55,050 nt of DNA, from NCBI GenBank assembly GCA_964543655.1, contig CAZIZE010000102.1, forward strand, positions 1-55,050, read 5' to 3'. The DNA comes from an uncultured bacterium. GTDB taxonomy: Bacteria; DYJV01. Positions 30,602-39,384 of the stretch are shown one piece after another. Under the pieces are notes generated by a model. The model saw only the letters and a list, made by a program, of their open reading frames with translations, was not told the origin of the DNA and did no database searches. The position numbers and the translations under genes were made by a program. Within the stretch, counting starts at the first letter, position 1. Every line of letters begins with the position of its first letter.

Positions 30602-31545
30602 AATTCAGTATTAAAGATGCAATTTTCAACAACTTCTGGTATAAGGTATTTTCTGTAATTTGTGGTTTTTTATTGTGGTTTATGGTTATTGGACAGCAAA
30701 ACTCTGAAATAACAGTAGAATTGCCACTTGAATATAAAAATGTTCCACAAGATTTCATTATTACCAAATCTGTTGTAAATAAAGTTAATGTGCTTTTTAG
30801 TGGCCCAAGTACTTTAATCAAACTAATTGCCAAAAAAGAGATGTCTTTTCCTGTGGATCTATCCCATGTTCATAAAGGAAAAAATGAAATAGTTCTTTAT
30901 CCTGAAATGTTAAACCTTCCACATAAAATTAATATTAAAATTATTACGCCATCTACTATTACTATTTATGTTGATAAAATTGTTACACAGACCAAGACTA
31001 TTGTACCGCAGATTATTGGAAAGGTTGCACATGGGTTTGAAATAAAAAGTTTAAGTATAGAACCACCATATGCATCTATTACAGCAGCAGAAGATGAGCT
31101 AAATTTAATTCAAACAGTTAAAACAGATGTGATAGATATTACAGGTAAGAAGGAAAGTTTTGAAGTTAAAGTTCCATTAATAACCAACTTGAGATATTTA
31201 AGATCCATTACACCTCTTGAAGCAAAAGTGAAAATAGATATTCAGGAAAAATTTATAAAAAAGGTTTTTAAACATATAAAAATTTCAATAAAGAGTCAGC
31301 TTGATTTAAGCAACTATATAATTAAATTAAAGCCAGATTATGTTAATATTATAGCTGAGATTAGTGAAAATTTTAAAAATATTATTAGAAAAGAAGATTT
31401 TAAAGCATTTATTGAAATCGATGATATACATAAAAAAGAGTTTAAATTAAAGCTGGAGTATCCTTCAGAGCACACAAAAATAGATAATATTTCTACAATG
31501 TACATTAATGCTACATTTAAAGCAAAACTGAGGAGTATAAAATGA
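30598..31545 (+). CDS. cdaR: CdaR/YbbR regulator
   Basis: N-terminal TM helix, YbbR-like repeats, position between cdaA and glmM. Confidence 0.85.
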   Translation: MKFSIKDAIFNNFWYKVFSVICGFLLWFMVIGQQNSEITVELPLEYKNVPQDFIITKSVVNKVNVLFSGPSTLIKLIAKKEMSFPVDLSHVHKGKNEIVLYPEMLNLPHKINIKIITPSTITIYVDKIVTQTKTIVPQIIGKVAHGFEIKSLSIEPPYASITAAEDELNLIQTVKTDVIDITGKKESFEVKVPLITNLRYLRSITPLEAKVKIDIQEKFIKKVFKHIKISIKSQLDLSNYIIKLKPDYVNIIAEISENFKNIIRKEDFKAFIEIDDIHKKEFKLKLEYPSEHTKIDNISTMYINATFKAKLRSIK

Positions 31546-32894
31546 GAAAATTATTTGGCACAGATGGTATTAGAGGCAGGGCTAATGTTTATCCAATGGT
31601 TACAGAAATAGCCCTTGCACTTGGAAAAGCAATTTCTTTGGTATTTAGGGACAATTCAAAGCAAAAAATATTAATAGGTAAAGACACAAGGCTTTCAGGA
31701 TATATGATAGAAAGTGCGCTTGTTTCTGGTATTTGTTCAATGGGTGGAGATGCATATCTTGTTGGTCCTTTGCCAACACCTGGTATTGCTTTTCTCACAA
31801 GTAATATGAGAGTTGATGCAGGTGTTGTAATATCAGCTTCTCATAATCCATATGAAGATAATGGTATTAAAATTTTTTCATCAAATGGTTATAAATTACC
31901 TGATAAAAAAGAGGAAGAAATTGAAGATTTTATATTCCAAAATAATTTTGATGAGTATTTACCAGAAAGTGATGAAATAGGTAGAGCATATAGAATTGAT
32001 GACGCTGTTGGTAGATATGTTGTATATTTGAAAACAACTTTTCCTAAAGATCTTGACCTGAAGGGTTTGAAAATAGTTCTTGATTGCGCAAATGGTGCTA
32101 CTTATAAAGTAGCACCTGAGGTTTTTTATGAATTAGGTGCTGATATTATCACTATAGGTACCAACCCTGATGGTAAAAATATTAATAAAGATTGTGGTTC
32201 TACAAATACAAGAAAATTAAGAGCTACTGTAATTTCTAAAGAAGCTGATCTTGGTATTGCATTTGATGGAGATGGTGATAGGGTTATTGTTGTGGATGAA
32301 AATGGTGAAGAGATAGATGGAGATTTTATAATTGGTTTATGTGCTAAATTTTTAAAAGATAATAATCAATTAAAAAACAATGGAGTTGTTATTACTCCAA
32401 TGAGTAACCTTGGTTTTGAAAAATTTTTAACAAAAAATAATATTAAAGTTATAAAAAGTGGAATTGGTGACAGATACGTTGTTGAAGAGATGCTAAAGGG
32501 AGATTATATTTTAGGTGGAGAGCCATCTGGACATATAATTTTTAGAGAATACAATACCACAGGAGATGGCATTTTAACAGCCCTCCAATTATTAAAAGTA
32601 ATGCTTATCTGTAATAAAAAGGCAAGTGACATTAAGAAATTGTTTATAAAATATCCTCAGATTTTAAAAAATGTTCCTGTTAAAGATAAGATTCCATTGA
32701 AAAATATTACTAATTTTGAGCAGAAGGTAAAAGAATTTGAAAAAGAACTTGGTGATAAAGGGAGAATTTTAGTAAGATATTCAGGTACAGAGAAAAAACT
32801 TAGAATAATGCTTGAAGGTGAAGATAATAGCTTGATAAAGAGTATGGGTGATGAGCTTGAAGCTATTGTAGTTAATTATTTTCAAGATAAGTAG
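31542..32894 (+). CDS. glmM: phosphoglucosamine mutase
   Basis: FGTDGIRG, ISASHNP, DGDGDR, GGEPSGH, RYSGTE. Confidence 0.97.
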   Translation: MRKLFGTDGIRGRANVYPMVTEIALALGKAISLVFRDNSKQKILIGKDTRLSGYMIESALVSGICSMGGDAYLVGPLPTPGIAFLTSNMRVDAGVVISASHNPYEDNGIKIFSSNGYKLPDKKEEEIEDFIFQNNFDEYLPESDEIGRAYRIDDAVGRYVVYLKTTFPKDLDLKGLKIVLDCANGATYKVAPEVFYELGADIITIGTNPDGKNINKDCGSTNTRKLRATVISKEADLGIAFDGDGDRVIVVDENGEEIDGDFIIGLCAKFLKDNNQLKNNGVVITPMSNLGFEKFLTKNNIKVIKSGIGDRYVVEEMLKGDYILGGEPSGHIIFREYNTTGDGILTALQLLKVMLICNKKASDIKKLFIKYPQILKNVPVKDKIPLKNITNFEQKVKEFEKELGDKGRILVRYSGTEKKLRIMLEGEDNSLIKSMGDELEAIVVNYFQDK

Positions 32895-32932
32895 GCACTA
32901 TCAGTTTGAACTTTTACTTTGTGCCTACTTAT
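32887..32932. repeat. 12-bp perfect inverted repeat overlapping the glmM stop
   Basis: ATAAGTAGGCAC-22 nt-GTGCCTACTTAT. Confidence 0.75.
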
Positions 32933-32999
32933 TGAATTTGAAAAAAATGTTTAGTTTTTTGCAAAACTACTTATAAATAAATAACTTAGCAGGTTGATA

Positions 33000-33140
33000 C
33001 TATTTACCTAAAATTGAATTAAAAATTTTATTAATACCTTTTTCAATTACCTTATCCACCTCTTTGTCAGCTCTATTTTTAATTTTATTTTCTGATTTTT
33101 TCTCTTTTTTTTGAATATAGCTCTCAACAGGTTTTTTCAT
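33000..33140 (-). CDS. putative 46-aa small protein or gene remnant
   Basis: ATG overlaps the cytochrome TGA (ATGA); MKKPVESYIQKKEKKSENKIKNRADKEVDKVIEKGINKIFNSILGK. Confidence 0.45.
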   Translation of the reverse strand: MKKPVESYIQKKEKKSENKIKNRADKEVDKVIEKGINKIFNSILGK

Positions 33141-35227
33141 TTTTTAAGAAACATTTTATAAATATGTTGGAAGTTATTTTTTTTGATTAAATTATAGTAG
33201 TAAGGGAAGTTGTTTTTCTGGTAGATTTTGTCATTATAGCTGTTGTGGCAGGGAGTGCATCTGCCAACTTGTAAAATTTTTAATATTTCCTCTCTTTTAA
33301 ACACTTTTACTCCAATATTTGATGTGCTTTGAAATTGAATCTTTCCATCTTTTGACACCACTGATTCAAATGGGAAAGTTACAGCAATTCCTGCTTTTTT
33401 CATATTGTACAGAGGTTTAAAAATAATGCTGTTATTATCTGTTAATTTTAAATACCCTCTTCCAATTCCAACTGCCATTGGGTTATTGTGACAATCAGAG
33501 CATCTTTTACTATACTTTGTTACTGTGTGTGGTTGGACCGGTGCAACAACGTAAGATGTTGTATTGTCTCTATGAATAAAAACCTTGTTAAAATAATTTT
33601 TTTCAGGAAAAGTAACTTGGCTCTGGCAATATTGCATTGGTGAAATTTTACCACGTCTATTAATACCAAGTAAAATATCGTTGTATCTTGTATAGCTTCT
33701 TGCTTCATACCAGTGACCATCTGATTTGTAATTAGTGAGAAAATCTCTTTGGGGATATTTAGCATTATATCCAATGTGGCAACCAAAACAGTACATTGTC
33801 CATGAAAAATGGCACGTATAGCATTCCATATTTTTGTTGCAATTGTTTATTATATGATTTTTACTTCCATATATAATTGTTATAGGTAATTTTTTATTTT
33901 CTATTTTTGTGTGCAGAATCAATTTACCACCTTCATCTTTAACATTATAGAAGATTTCACCTTTATCATTTTTTAATAAAGTATCTCCAAGATTAACTGA
34001 TTTAAATTTTGATAAAAAAATATCAGAAATTTTGTTTACCTTAATTAACTCTGGTTTTTTATTGAATGAGCCGTGGCAATCTTCACATTTGATCTTTACT
34101 GCTTCATCCATTTTATCATAAATTTTTCCATCACCCATTATTTCATTTTTAGTATGACAATCTATACAATCCATACCTTTTTTAAAATGTATATCAGAAT
34201 TGAGATGATAGTAGTAACGTCCGCCAATTAGTCTATTTTTACTTAACATCCCATTTTTATATGGAGTGCCATAGAAATCATTTTCTCCTATGCCAATGTA
34301 AGAGGTGCCATACCTATTGCTTCTGTTGTGGCAATGTAAGCATTGCTCTGTTGGAATCTTTGAAGTTATAACATGGTATGGTGGATGACCATTTTCATCT
34401 TTTGGAATAGTGGGATCATCTCCTAAATATTTACTGTTATTTCGATAAATTACATGACATGCAGCACAACCAGATGCATGATTGCTTGTTGAATTAATAT
34501 TTTTCACACCAACATGGCACATACTGCAAAATTTTCTAAAATGGCTGTCAGCAATTTTACCAGAAATATCAAATTTACCTTGATATTTAGGTGGGACATC
34601 TTTTTTTTCATAAAAAGGAATCTGTTTTAAAATTTTTCCTGAGCTATCTTTTATTGTATGAGTAGCATAAATGGCTTTTTTGGTTTTTTGAGCATTCCAT
34701 TGATACCGTAAATCAGCAATAACTCCAGCCATACTATACATTAATGAAGTTTTTACTTTTTTAATATCACTACTGTGGCATTTTGTGCCATCAGGAGCTG
34801 TTTGACCGCAGGAAAGAGAAGCATACTTTAAATCAGATGGATTGCTTTTGCCTATTAATCCTTTATGAGCCTCTTTAACATCTAAACTTAAAGGATCTCC
34901 ACCATGGCAAATAACACATCCAAAAATTTTGCTTGGATGAGACGAGCTAATATCTTTTATTCCAATATGGCAGGTTAGGCAATATTCCACTCTTTTCCAT
35001 TTGGTAACATAGATTCCTATTTTTCTAATTTTGAAATTTTTAACTTTTTCTATTTCAGACAAAATTTTTTTATTGCCACTTTTTTTATATTCGTAATAAA
35101 GTTTTTTCAGTTTTTCCTCTTTCCACTTTTTCTGAAAGGTTTCCCACTGTTTTTCAGGATAAAAATAAAAAAATATAAATATAAAAGATAGGATTAAGAT
35201 AAAAAAATTAATAAAAAACTTTATCAT
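33137..35227 (-). CDS. membrane-anchored multiheme cytochrome c (11 CxxCH plus one Cx9CH), ExtM-like
   Basis: N-terminal TM; CLTCH, CVICH, CSMCH, CAACH, CLHCH, CIDCH, CEDCH, CYTCH, CFGCH, CSDCH, CTPCH. Confidence 0.9.
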   Translation of the reverse strand: MIKFFINFFILILSFIFIFFYFYPEKQWETFQKKWKEEKLKKLYYEYKKSGNKKILSEIEKVKNFKIRKIGIYVTKWKRVEYCLTCHIGIKDISSSHPSKIFGCVICHGGDPLSLDVKEAHKGLIGKSNPSDLKYASLSCGQTAPDGTKCHSSDIKKVKTSLMYSMAGVIADLRYQWNAQKTKKAIYATHTIKDSSGKILKQIPFYEKKDVPPKYQGKFDISGKIADSHFRKFCSMCHVGVKNINSTSNHASGCAACHVIYRNNSKYLGDDPTIPKDENGHPPYHVITSKIPTEQCLHCHNRSNRYGTSYIGIGENDFYGTPYKNGMLSKNRLIGGRYYYHLNSDIHFKKGMDCIDCHTKNEIMGDGKIYDKMDEAVKIKCEDCHGSFNKKPELIKVNKISDIFLSKFKSVNLGDTLLKNDKGEIFYNVKDEGGKLILHTKIENKKLPITIIYGSKNHIINNCNKNMECYTCHFSWTMYCFGCHIGYNAKYPQRDFLTNYKSDGHWYEARSYTRYNDILLGINRRGKISPMQYCQSQVTFPEKNYFNKVFIHRDNTTSYVVAPVQPHTVTKYSKRCSDCHNNPMAVGIGRGYLKLTDNNSIIFKPLYNMKKAGIAVTFPFESVVSKDGKIQFQSTSNIGVKVFKREEILKILQVGRCTPCHNSYNDKIYQKNNFPYYYNLIKKNNFQHIYKMFLKK

Positions 35228-35238
35228 ATTGATAATTG

Positions 35239-35265
35239 AAAAAGAGGCTCTGTTTTAACAGAGCC
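35239..35265 (-). terminator. intrinsic terminator after the nitroreductase/PHA cluster
   Basis: GGCTCTGTT/AACAGAGCC stem followed by TCTTTTT on the minus strand. Confidence 0.75.
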
Positions 35266-35271
35266 ACAATT

Positions 35272-35313
35272 TTAGTTATTAGTTATTAGTTGTTGGTTGT
35301 TAGTTGTTAGTTA
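35272..35313. repeat. six tandem heptamers TT(A/G)GTT(A/G)
   Basis: ttagtta ttagtta ttagttg ttggttg ttagttg ttagtta. Confidence 0.9.
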
Positions 35314-35864
35314 AATGAAGAGCCATATTTATCTTTAAAAACAAACTCTTTAACTTCTTTTCTTGGTGGACATTTGGAATCTTTTGCAGGATAGCCAATA
35401 GGAGTCATAGCAACAACTTCCACACCTTCTGGAGCATCTATAATTTGACCTGCTTTTTCTGCATCAAAAAGTCCCAAAATTACAGTACCAAGCCCCATAT
35501 CATGAGCAACAAGCGATAATGTTTGCATTGCAACCCCTACGTCAAACATGTACCAATTGTCACCTTTGTTGGTCATAGGCTCGCCTTTTTTAAAACCAGA
35601 GAGTCCTTTTTTGCCAAGTGCAACTATTAAAACAGGTGCATCCATACAAGCTTTTCTTGCAGGGTTTCTTTCTGGCATTGTATTAACAAGCTCTTCTTTA
35701 ATCTTGGTATCTCTAACAACAACAAATTCCCAGCACTGAGTGTTTGCCCAGGAAGGCGACATTTTTACAAGCTCAAAAATCTCATTTAACAACTCATCTG
35801 AAACATCATCACTTTTATAATGCCTGATACTTCTCCTTGTTTTAACAGCTTCCTTTAAATTCAT
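35307..35864 (-). CDS. nitroreductase family flavoprotein
   Basis: RRSIRHY, SPSWANTQCWEF, GLGT, PIGYP. Confidence 0.92.
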   Translation of the reverse strand: MNLKEAVKTRRSIRHYKSDDVSDELLNEIFELVKMSPSWANTQCWEFVVVRDTKIKEELVNTMPERNPARKACMDAPVLIVALGKKGLSGFKKGEPMTNKGDNWYMFDVGVAMQTLSLVAHDMGLGTVILGLFDAEKAGQIIDAPEGVEVVAMTPIGYPAKDSKCPPRKEVKEFVFKDKYGSSFN

Positions 35865-35881
35865 TAAAATCCCTCCTATCC

Positions 35882-37741
35882 TTATTTCACTTCTTTATTC
35901 ATATACATTGATTTAAACAGCCATTCATAAAAGTTGTCTCTAAATTCTCTGTAAGAATCAAGAGTAGTTACTATATTGTTAGAAAGTTTTTTTTCTGTTA
36001 TTTTAAAGAAATTGTTATCATCAACCTTTTGCCTGTTATTTCTTATATACTCTCCCATATATTCATAAAACTTCATAAATGGATTTATCTTTTCAGAATA
36101 GATTAATCTGAAAAATCTATCAGGATGCAACCATCTCATAATCTCAGCAGTTGTTTCATTAATAAAAGGCTTAATGTAAGGTCTTACATAATTTTCATAA
36201 AAATATTTATTAGCCTTTGACACAAACCTTACATATTCAAAATCTTCTTTTTCATAATTTAATTTAATATCATCAATCTCTCTTTCTATAAAATCAACTA
36301 TAAATTGAGGTTTTTTAGGGTCTTTTTCCTTGGTTTCTCCTACTATTTTCATTTCATAAAGACCAGGTGGAAGTTCTCTTATTCTTTCAATATTTTCAAT
36401 AATAGCTCTATGCTCTCTATTAGCAACTTTTCCTGATACAAAGATTCCAAGATGCCCAATATTGGGATGTATCATATAAATTATTCGCTGTTTATGCTTT
36501 TTCAACTCCTCTGTTGTTTTGTAAACCTCACAAATCCACTGCATCCCTTGCTCAGGTGGAGAGATATTATCACCTTCTGAGGCAAATATCACCATAGGCT
36601 CTCTGATTTTTCTTAAATCTATTACATTGCCGTCTGGATCAAGCATTTCTCCTTTTTCAAGTTTATTACCAATAAAGAGATTGTTCACAATAGCAACCAT
36701 CTCTTCTTCATTAAAGAAATGGAACCCTGTCCACCATTTTTCAAAACCAAGGTACCTTTTTTCCTCTTTATCAACATTATGAAAAACATTAAACTCTTTT
36801 TTCCAGAATGTATTAGCAGGATTTAACATTTCAAAATTATAAACAAGCCATGCACCATCAAATTTACCATTACCAAGGTCAGAAAGAAACATTGTCATCC
36901 ATACACCACCAGTAAGCCCTCCAGCAACTCTCATAGGATTTACAAGTTCTCTACCAGCCCAATATGATAAAGGTGTACCATTAATTACAAGAGGACCTGT
37001 TATTTCAGGACGGGATGCTGCGATCATACTAACTAACCATCCAGCCTGGCAATTTGCATATATAACAGGTGGATTATCAGGATGTAAATCGTGCATAACA
37101 TCTATAAATGTCAAAATTGCTTTGCCAACATCATCAAGAGTTTGACCTTCGCATGGTTCTGGGAAAAAACCAATGAGATAACACTGGTGACCTTCCTGCA
37201 TTGCAATACCAGCTTCAGAATCTCGTTTAAATGCACCAATCCCGGGACCATGTCCAGCACGTGGATCAAATATCATTATAGGTCTCTTATTAGGATCTAT
37301 CTTTACACCTTCTTCAGGAAGCAATTTGTAAAGAATATAATTTGCTGGCCTTTCAAAACCTCTTGCATCTATTACCTCTTCATATTTAAAATGAATTAGA
37401 GGCGGCATCCCATTTTGATAATGTTCTATCATAATATTCGCACGTTTTCTAAGAACATCAATAAATAGAAAGTATCGTTGCCAGAAATCTATTAGATACT
37501 CTACAAATTCATGATAATCATCAAAGAAATCTTTAAAGCTATCTGAAAATATTTTGCTGTAATATTCTCTTAGAAGTTGGTCATTAAAAGGAGTTTTTGT
37601 TAAATTAGTGAGGAATTTTGAGAAACTTTCAGCATCCATAAAGTTGTAATTGAATTTTTTGGTATATTCATTAAAAAAATTAAAAGATCTGGCATAATTT
37701 TGCCATAAATTTTCTGTGAGTTTAAACCAGTTGTTTAACAT
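35882..37741 (-). CDS. DUF3141-type PHA-associated alpha/beta-hydrolase-fold protein
   Basis: DPRAGHGPGIGAFK, NCQAGW, PLSYWAG, GDNISPP, GHLGIFVS. Confidence 0.85.
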   Translation of the reverse strand: MLNNWFKLTENLWQNYARSFNFFNEYTKKFNYNFMDAESFSKFLTNLTKTPFNDQLLREYYSKIFSDSFKDFFDDYHEFVEYLIDFWQRYFLFIDVLRKRANIMIEHYQNGMPPLIHFKYEEVIDARGFERPANYILYKLLPEEGVKIDPNKRPIMIFDPRAGHGPGIGAFKRDSEAGIAMQEGHQCYLIGFFPEPCEGQTLDDVGKAILTFIDVMHDLHPDNPPVIYANCQAGWLVSMIAASRPEITGPLVINGTPLSYWAGRELVNPMRVAGGLTGGVWMTMFLSDLGNGKFDGAWLVYNFEMLNPANTFWKKEFNVFHNVDKEEKRYLGFEKWWTGFHFFNEEEMVAIVNNLFIGNKLEKGEMLDPDGNVIDLRKIREPMVIFASEGDNISPPEQGMQWICEVYKTTEELKKHKQRIIYMIHPNIGHLGIFVSGKVANREHRAIIENIERIRELPPGLYEMKIVGETKEKDPKKPQFIVDFIEREIDDIKLNYEKEDFEYVRFVSKANKYFYENYVRPYIKPFINETTAEIMRWLHPDRFFRLIYSEKINPFMKFYEYMGEYIRNNRQKVDDNNFFKITEKKLSNNIVTTLDSYREFRDNFYEWLFKSMYMNKEVK

Positions 37742-37750
37742 AACTCTACC

Positions 37751-38038
37751 CTATTTTTCTTCATTTTTTTTTGATGCCATTTTCATCATTCTGTTATAAT
37801 TGTCTTCTAAATAATCTAACCCTTTAATTACCATATTTTTATACTCATTTAAAGCTATTTCAGAATTTTTTAACCATTCTTTATATGACTTCATCAAATT
37901 TTCCCTGTAAATATCAGGTTGAGTTTGTAGAAAAAATTCAACCATGTTTTGCTGCTGATTATTTATTAGATTAAAATTTTCTATAGCAAGTTCATAGAAA
38001 TTTTTCAAATTTTTAAATATATTTTGGTTGTAAGGCAT
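37751..38038 (-). CDS. small helical protein, putative phasin (paralog 2)
   Basis: SD AAGGAGG, lies inside the PHA cluster, paralogous to 38055..38309. Confidence 0.7.
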   Translation of the reverse strand: MPYNQNIFKNLKNFYELAIENFNLINNQQQNMVEFFLQTQPDIYRENLMKSYKEWLKNSEIALNEYKNMVIKGLDYLEDNYNRMMKMASKKNEEK

Positions 38039-38054
38039 AATATCCTCCTTTATT

Positions 38055-38309
38055 TTACTTAGTTGACTTGTTTAAATTATCTGACATATAGTCAAGCCCC
38101 TTTAAAACAACATCTTTAAAATCATCAAGAGCTTTTTCAGTTGTAGCAAGCCACTCTGAATAGAGTTTTAACATAGCATCAGCATTTGGTAATTGGCTAT
38201 TTTTTAAAAATAATTCTACAAAATTCTTTTGCTGTTCAGTAACAATTTTGAAATTTTCAAATGCCAAGCTATACACATTTTTTAATCCTTCAAATACATT
38301 TTCTTTCAT
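38055..38309 (-). CDS. small helical protein, putative phasin (paralog 1)
   Basis: SD AAGGAGGT, directly downstream of phaC, amphipathic pattern. Confidence 0.7.
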   Translation of the reverse strand: MKENVFEGLKNVYSLAFENFKIVTEQQKNFVELFLKNSQLPNADAMLKLYSEWLATTEKALDDFKDVVLKGLDYMSDNLNKSTK

Positions 38310-38334
38310 GATTCATACCTCCTTTAATAGTTTT

Positions 38335-39384
38335 TTATGACCTTTCCATTATCCATTTTGCAACTGTTGGAGCAAGCTCCTTTTGCGATCTTGAGCTAAC
38401 ATATATACCAATATGACCACCTTTAAATGATAGTAAAGTCTTATCTTTAGAACCAACAAGATCATTTAAAGGCTTAGTTGATGCTGGAGGCACAAGGTGA
38501 TCCTGCTCTGCATAAACAGTAAGAATAGGCATGGTAATTTTTTTAAGATTAACTTTTCTACCACCAAGTTTAAACTCTCCTTTAGCTAATTTGTTTTGCT
38601 GATAAAGTTCTTTGATAAATTTTCTAAAAGTTTCTCCTGCTTGATCAGGACTATCAAATATCCACTTTTCCATTCTTAAGAAATTTTTCAAATCTTCAAG
38701 CTGATTTGTGCTTTTTATAAAATTGTAATATTTCTCAAAGTTCAATTGAAATGGCTTTAACATCAGATAACCAATATTCATAAAATCACCAGAAATATTA
38801 CCATAAGCATCAACAAGCTTATCAACATCAATATATCTTGACCATACATTTAAGAGTCCATCATCAGTATCAAAATCTACAGGAGTAACCATTGTAACAA
38901 GATTTTTAATTTTTTCAGGATAGAGAGCAGAGTAAATTACTGAAAAAGTTCCACCCTGGCACACTCCAAGTAAATTAATTTTATCAAGTTTATGTTTCTC
39001 TCTAATATAATCAACACAATCATTAATATACCCATCTATATAATCTTCCATTGTTCTATATCTATCAGCTCTCTCTGGATAATCCCAATCAATAATATAA
39101 ATATCAAGACCATTTTCAAGGAGTTTGCTAATAAAACTTCTATCTTTTTGCAGATCCATCATATAGTATCTATTTACAAGAGCATAAACTATGAGTATAG
39201 GAGTAGGGCATTTTTTTCTTTTACTCTGTTTGTAATGATAAAGCTTAACATTGTCAAAGGTTGTTTCAAGCTCCTTAGGGCTTGGCTCTGTGTCAATTTC
39301 ATTTACCTCTTTTAACTGGTCAAAGATATTGTAAAGCTTATGATTTATATCAAAAAGGTCAGTCCAAAATTTTTCTCCTATCAT
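38335..39384 (-). CDS. phaC: class III PHA synthase catalytic subunit
   Basis: YALVNR, lipase-like box GVCQGG, RMEKWIFDSPD, DHLVP, GGHIG. Confidence 0.95.
   Translation of the reverse strand: MIGEKFWTDLFDINHKLYNIFDQLKEVNEIDTEPSPKELETTFDNVKLYHYKQSKRKKCPTPILIVYALVNRYYMMDLQKDRSFISKLLENGLDIYIIDWDYPERADRYRTMEDYIDGYINDCVDYIREKHKLDKINLLGVCQGGTFSVIYSALYPEKIKNLVTMVTPVDFDTDDGLLNVWSRYIDVDKLVDAYGNISGDFMNIGYLMLKPFQLNFEKYYNFIKSTNQLEDLKNFLRMEKWIFDSPDQAGETFRKFIKELYQQNKLAKGEFKLGGRKVNLKKITMPILTVYAEQDHLVPPASTKPLNDLVGSKDKTLLSFKGGHIGIYVSSRSQKELAPTVAKWIMERS

Noticed and set aside
19599-32910. TATCAGTTTGAA in two intergenic regions (19599, 32899), partial copy at 47026
   Set aside because: Only 12 bp with unrelated flanks; no transposase or target duplication, so compatible with chance.
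33047-33139. Selenocysteine read-through of the cytochrome TGA
   Set aside because: The in-frame continuation is short and featureless, and no SECIS-like hairpin follows.
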